Of a DNA stretch of 64,000 nt, positions 59,946 to 64,000 are shown piece after piece. Location of the stretch: positions 47,608,035-47,672,034 of the forward strand of contig NC_068999.1 in the NCBI RefSeq assembly GCF_001194135.2. Direction: 5' to 3'. The DNA comes from Octopus bimaculoides (taxonomy: Eukaryota). The notes under the pieces are model-generated. The model made no database searches. It saw only the letters and a program-made list of their open reading frames with translations, and had not been told where the DNA came from. How positions within the stretch are numbered: position 1 is the first letter of the stretch; every line of letters begins with the position of its first letter. The position numbers and the translations under genes are program-made.

Positions 59946-60215
59946 TTATTATTATTATTATTATTATTATTATTGTTCAGTAGTTTTATTTTTATAACGT
60001 GCTTTCACTTCACTACCGAGCAGGCAATGTTTATACTCAGCCTGAAGAAAAATTCTGTTTATATTGATATGCAATCGCCTTAGATTGCACATATGGTTGT
60101 GGTGCATGTACCTGGTGTATTTTCCATCAGGCAGGTAGTTATAATAGGGATATTGAGCTTTGTAAATTTGTACCCCAGTGTCAGTACGATGGCATGCACT
60201 ACTCTCTCAATAAAG

Positions 60216-60246
<31 letters not shown>

Positions 60247-60397
60247 TAAGTTGGCATTACTTGGAACTGCATACATATTGCGTAAAGTACTGTCTGTCTG
60301 AGGTCCTTGTTGTGACTTGGCAAACAGTACAAACCCCCGGTAGACACAATATCTTCATTCAACAACCTCACAATATTGTATACTGTGTGACATCTAT

Positions 60398-60537
60398 GAT
60401 GATGATGATGATGATGATGATAATAATAATAATAATAACAACAATGATAATAATAATAATGATAATAATAATGATAATAATAATAATGATAATAATAATA
60501 ATGATAATAATAATAATAATAATAATGATAATAATAA
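60398..60537. repeat. Compound (ATG)n/(ATA)n microsatellite, representative of many simple repeats in the window
   Basis: Read directly; it generates the spurious poly-I/M and poly-Y/H ORFs. Confidence 0.95.
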
Positions 60538-61179
60538 TACTTTCTTTTATTGGCTACAAGACAAATAGGGACGATACAATGCAAGGGACAAGTTGGGTGT
60601 TGAACAATGCTGTGTGTACAATATGTAACAAAAACATCCCTGGAAGTTTCATCTGAATCCATCCAATGGTCCTTGAGATATCTTGCTCATGGACAAACAA
60701 ACAAACAAACAAACACAACTGAAAACAATACTTCTGTCTTCGCTAAGGTGGAGGTAATAACAGTATTTAGAATACACCACTCAAAATCTGACAAAGATTG
60801 AAGGTGGTAGAGGTCTCATATGTGTAGTAAACTACTATAAAGCGTCCACCAATGGACTTACGAAACTAAAAAACATATTTAAAGAAAATTAGGAAAATTT
60901 TTTTTTTTGGTTTGGTTATTGTGAATTTGTGAAGCTGATAGCATAAAAATCCTAGCATGTGTTTTTTGTTTTCAATGTTCTGGGAAACTGAAAATATTTT
61001 CAAATGAAAATTCTTACCTGTAAAGAAAGATTCATTTTGAAACTTGTTTCTTTTTTTCTCTCTGAACAAATCTGTTTTAAGAAAACAAACAAAAGCCAAT
61101 TTTCTTTGAAATTCATCATCATCATCATCATCAAAATCACCACCACCAGCACCCTCCCCAAAATTGCTGTTGTTGTTCT

Positions 61180-61315
61180 TCTTCTTTTGCTGGAGCTCTT
61201 CGAGTCTTGTATGTGCAGTGGGCTTTCTGGCTGCAGCCTACGTTATCTGTTCTTTTCAATTATCTAATATTTTCCTGATTACTCTGGCCATGCCAAGAAG
61301 GCAATAGTTTTGGGG
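61180..61315 (-). mobile_element. Second 3' end of the same R4/Dong-like family
   Basis: Aligns by eye to 35762-35880 (gagtcttgtat...ctgcagc...tatctgttcttttcaa...tggYcatgcc); peptide LLGMARVIRKILDN*; ends in (CAA)/(GAA)/(GAT)n. Confidence 0.7.
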
Positions 61316-61888
61316 GAAAAATTCCATGGCATATAACATCCAAACTCCAAAAGCGTCCATCTTTTTTTCTGCATTTAATTCCAACATAATTGTAATCAAC
61401 AATACCATCTGAAAAGTATTTGTGGAAAGTTTCATTAAGAATTTTCATTTTTCTATNNNNNNNNNNCTGCATCCATAGCCGAACAGAATGAGACAGTGAA
61501 ATTAATTAGTGAATTACTCTTTTCAATGTTTGGTATTTTAAGACGAAGCTGGACGCCCCCTCTGACACGGAATTTTGGGATTGTATTAGCCTGAAATGTC
61601 GGGTGTTGCTAATGAAAGTGCTTTGCTATTCCAGGGTCTCAACGTCGTCATCATTCGCCGTAATGACTTGTTTTGGTTTTGAGTTGTAACAAGAATTCTA
61701 TAAGGGAAAAACTACCCATATTTTCTGGTGCGATGTAAATAATTAAACGAATGTGCATGTCACTTTATTTTACTAATTTACTTTCTCTGTTCTTTAGCTG
61801 TTTACTTTTGTAAATTGTCCGCATTTTCGGTAAATAAACAACTATGTCAGTAGGTAGATAGAAATTTCAGCCCATAATCACAGAGCGA

Positions 61889-61897
61889 ACTTACCTG
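61889..61897 (-). other. Consensus 5' splice donor CAG|GTAAGT, probable end of a non-coding first exon of TSNAXIP1
   Basis: Perfect donor on the - strand between the X-box (62129) and the 59499 acceptor, whose exon lacks its own 5' UTR. Confidence 0.55.
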
Positions 61898-62128
61898 TGA
61901 CACACACACACACACACACGAGATAGATAAATAGATAAATAGACAGAAGTTGGTTTTCCTTTTTTTTGTTATTATGTCGGTACATACAGCGTCATTATAG
62001 AACATAAAAAAATATATTGTATGTTAAATAGCAATAAACGAACTTACATTTTATTAAATGTCCATCGTTTATAGATATTTCTAATAAAGGTGTTATGAAA
62101 TTAAGTTGGTGTCTGAACGGCGTAACAT

Positions 62129-62142
62129 GTTGTCATAACAAC
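62129..62142. promoter_or_regulatory. RFX X-box GTTGTCATAACAAC with an adjacent ETS-like TTCCGG (62149-62154); probable TSNAXIP1 promoter
   Basis: Fits RYYNYY-N2-RRNRAC and differs at 3 of 14 positions from GTTGCCATGGCAAC. Lies in a CpG-enriched patch about 235 bp upstream of the putative first donor. Confidence 0.6.
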
Positions 62143-63652
62143 TACGGTTTCCGGTTTGGTGGGACGTTTTGTTTTGTTTTGTTTTTAATCACAATATGAA
62201 TTTATTGTCACAGCATACTTAATTACATAAATATTCCACATTAAAACGGGAGAAAATTTGATCACGAGCGAAGAAAGGAAAAAAGAAAAGAAGGAAACAT
62301 CAGCTGAACACGAAAAGCATTATTCGGTCGCACACCACAAGAGTCAACGGAATTTATTGAAGCAAGCTAACACGCTCGCGGTATTATCGCGGGCGATGGC
62401 GTGTCTAAGGCATTAGAATAGCAAAGCACTTTCACGGGCATTACTTGACACCTTGGTAAGGTGAACCACTAACGATGACTAGAACTTCGCTGACAGCGGC
62501 CCATCTTCTCAAAACATCTCAAACGCTGCAGGCTGGAAGAAATGGCTCACCGACAAGTCCCGATACTTTAGGATTTTGTTCCAGTCGGTTATGGAAGCAG
62601 TGGCCCTCCCATTCCTACAGCAGTCACTGACTGTGGAATCCTAGATGAGGCACCTATCTCTAACTTAGGGACAAAGGGTGAGACCTTCAGGTCTCTTTCC
62701 ATTTCTTCTGGATAGAACTGAAGGGATATTTACCCACTTAATTATCAGGTTTAGTTCAGTGTGACGAGTGAAACGACCAGCATTTAGGTGGTATGACAAA
62801 CCATGAAGATCCAGAAGGAATAAAATGGTGTAAAACAATGCAATCTTCTCATCAGGGAAAGAAAGAAACCAAACACATCAATAAATCATTTTAACAGAAT
62901 GTGATGACTGCATATATGATGAAGGGAACACTATCAAGTTGTTTTTTAAAAAATTGTTAGTAGATACAAGGTCAAAGGTAGTTTATAGAAAGAGAAGGAG
63001 GAGAAAGAAATAAATTAGCAGAAAACTAATAGTGGAGAGATATAGAGTGATAGGTGAATTAGAATAAAGCTTAAAGGCATGCACATGGTTCCGGGTTCAG
63101 TCCCACTGCGTGGCACCTTGGGCAAGTGTCTTCTATTATAGTTCCAGGCTGACCAAGTGGGTGGATTTGATAGACAGAAACTGAAAGAAGCCCGTCGTAT
63201 ATATGTATATGTATATATATGTGTGTGTTTGTGCGTCTGTGTTTGTCCCCCCAACATCGCTTGACAACCGATGCTGGTGTGTTTACGTCCCTGTAATTTA
63301 ACGGTTCGGCAAAAGAGACTGATAGAATAAGTACTAGGCTTACAAAGAATAAGTCCTGGGCTCGATTTNNNNNNNNNNNNNNNNNNNNNNNNNNNNNNNN
63401 NNNNNNNNNNNNNNNNNNNNNNNNNNNNNNNNNNNNNNNNNNNNNNNNNNNNNNNNNNNNNNNNNNNNNNNNNNNNNNNNNNNNNNNNNNNNNNNNNNNN
63501 NNNNNNNNNNNNNNNNNNNNNNNNNNNNNNNNNNNNNNNNNNNNNNNNNNNNNNNNNNNNNNNNNNNNNNNNNNNNNNNNNNNNNNNNNNNNNNNNNNNN
63601 NNNNNNNNNNNNNNTATATATATATATATATATATATTTACACACACACACA

Positions 63653-63680
63653 CTAGCAATGTATCCTGGCGTTGCCAGGG
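63653..63680 (-). mobile_element. Helitron 3' terminus (hairpin plus CTAG); body probably extends to the right
   Basis: Reverse complement reads CCCTGGCAACGCCAGG-atacattg-CTAG-t, the same architecture as the 50600 end. Confidence 0.7.
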
Positions 63681-64000
63681 TGTTATGACCTACAACCACA
63701 TTGTATTATTTGTTCCTTTGTTATGGGCAGAATCGGCACAGCTGATATATAGTGAACTGGATTACTGGTGTAATGCAAGTCATTGTCTGTTTAAAAGGGA
63801 AATGGGGAAGGTGCAATTTGCATGGGTTTGCATGAAAGTGCTTTCTGTTCATAAGGAGGATCACAAACTAAGTATTATTTCATGTATGTGTAGAATTGTA
63901 CTGAAATAGCAGATGTTAAAAAATACTAGATTACCACCAGAAAACCCAGCATGCTAGAAACAACAGGTAAACAACATTATTTAAGTCAGATGTACACCAA

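Noticed and set aside
60093-60662. 187-aa and 151-aa ORFs with poly-I/M/Y/H
   Set aside because: Translation of (ATA)/(ATG)n microsatellites.
61260-61472. ORF resembling an extra TSNAXIP1 5' coding exon
   Set aside because: It crosses an N gap; its distal part is the 3' end of the R4/Dong-like repeat also found at 35762-35880; no TSNAXIP1-like motif.

Overview
AT-rich, intron- and repeat-rich animal genomic DNA. The SINE/MITE families and dense (AT)n/(AC)n/(ATC)n microsatellites look like an Octopus (coleoid cephalopod) genome; this is inferred from repeat appearance, not from a database search. Two complete multi-exon genes were reconstructed by hand from splice sites and reading phase, and they lie tail-to-tail. 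(1) USP6NL/RN-tre, a TBC-domain Rab GAP on the + strand: 13 coding exons, 17362-40785, about 662 aa, with the R- and Q-finger motifs intact. (2) TSNAXIP1, a cilia/flagella-associated coiled-coil protein on the - strand: 14 coding exons, 59496-44080, about 680 aa, with an RFX X-box near its likely promoter. The rest is mobile DNA: Tc1 (DD34E) and mariner relics, piggyBac-, hAT- and Tc2/pogo-like MITEs, Helitron 3' ends, RTE, CR1-like and R4/Dong-like LINE fragments, and three SINE-like families. The most interesting signals are a set of minimal hammerhead-ribozyme motifs (best at 14209-14244), an RTE insertion with twin-priming 5'-inversion geometry and a TSD (38295-38620), face-to-face poly(A) signals between the convergent genes, a YY1/NRF1/ETS promoter cluster, and fold-back structures that could be ADAR substrates. 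I found no CRISPR, rRNA or bona fide tRNA, and nothing I can support as a wholly new protein system. Assembly gaps: 4379-4521, 17093-17156, 28101-28656, 44629-44728, 61457-61466, 63369-63614.
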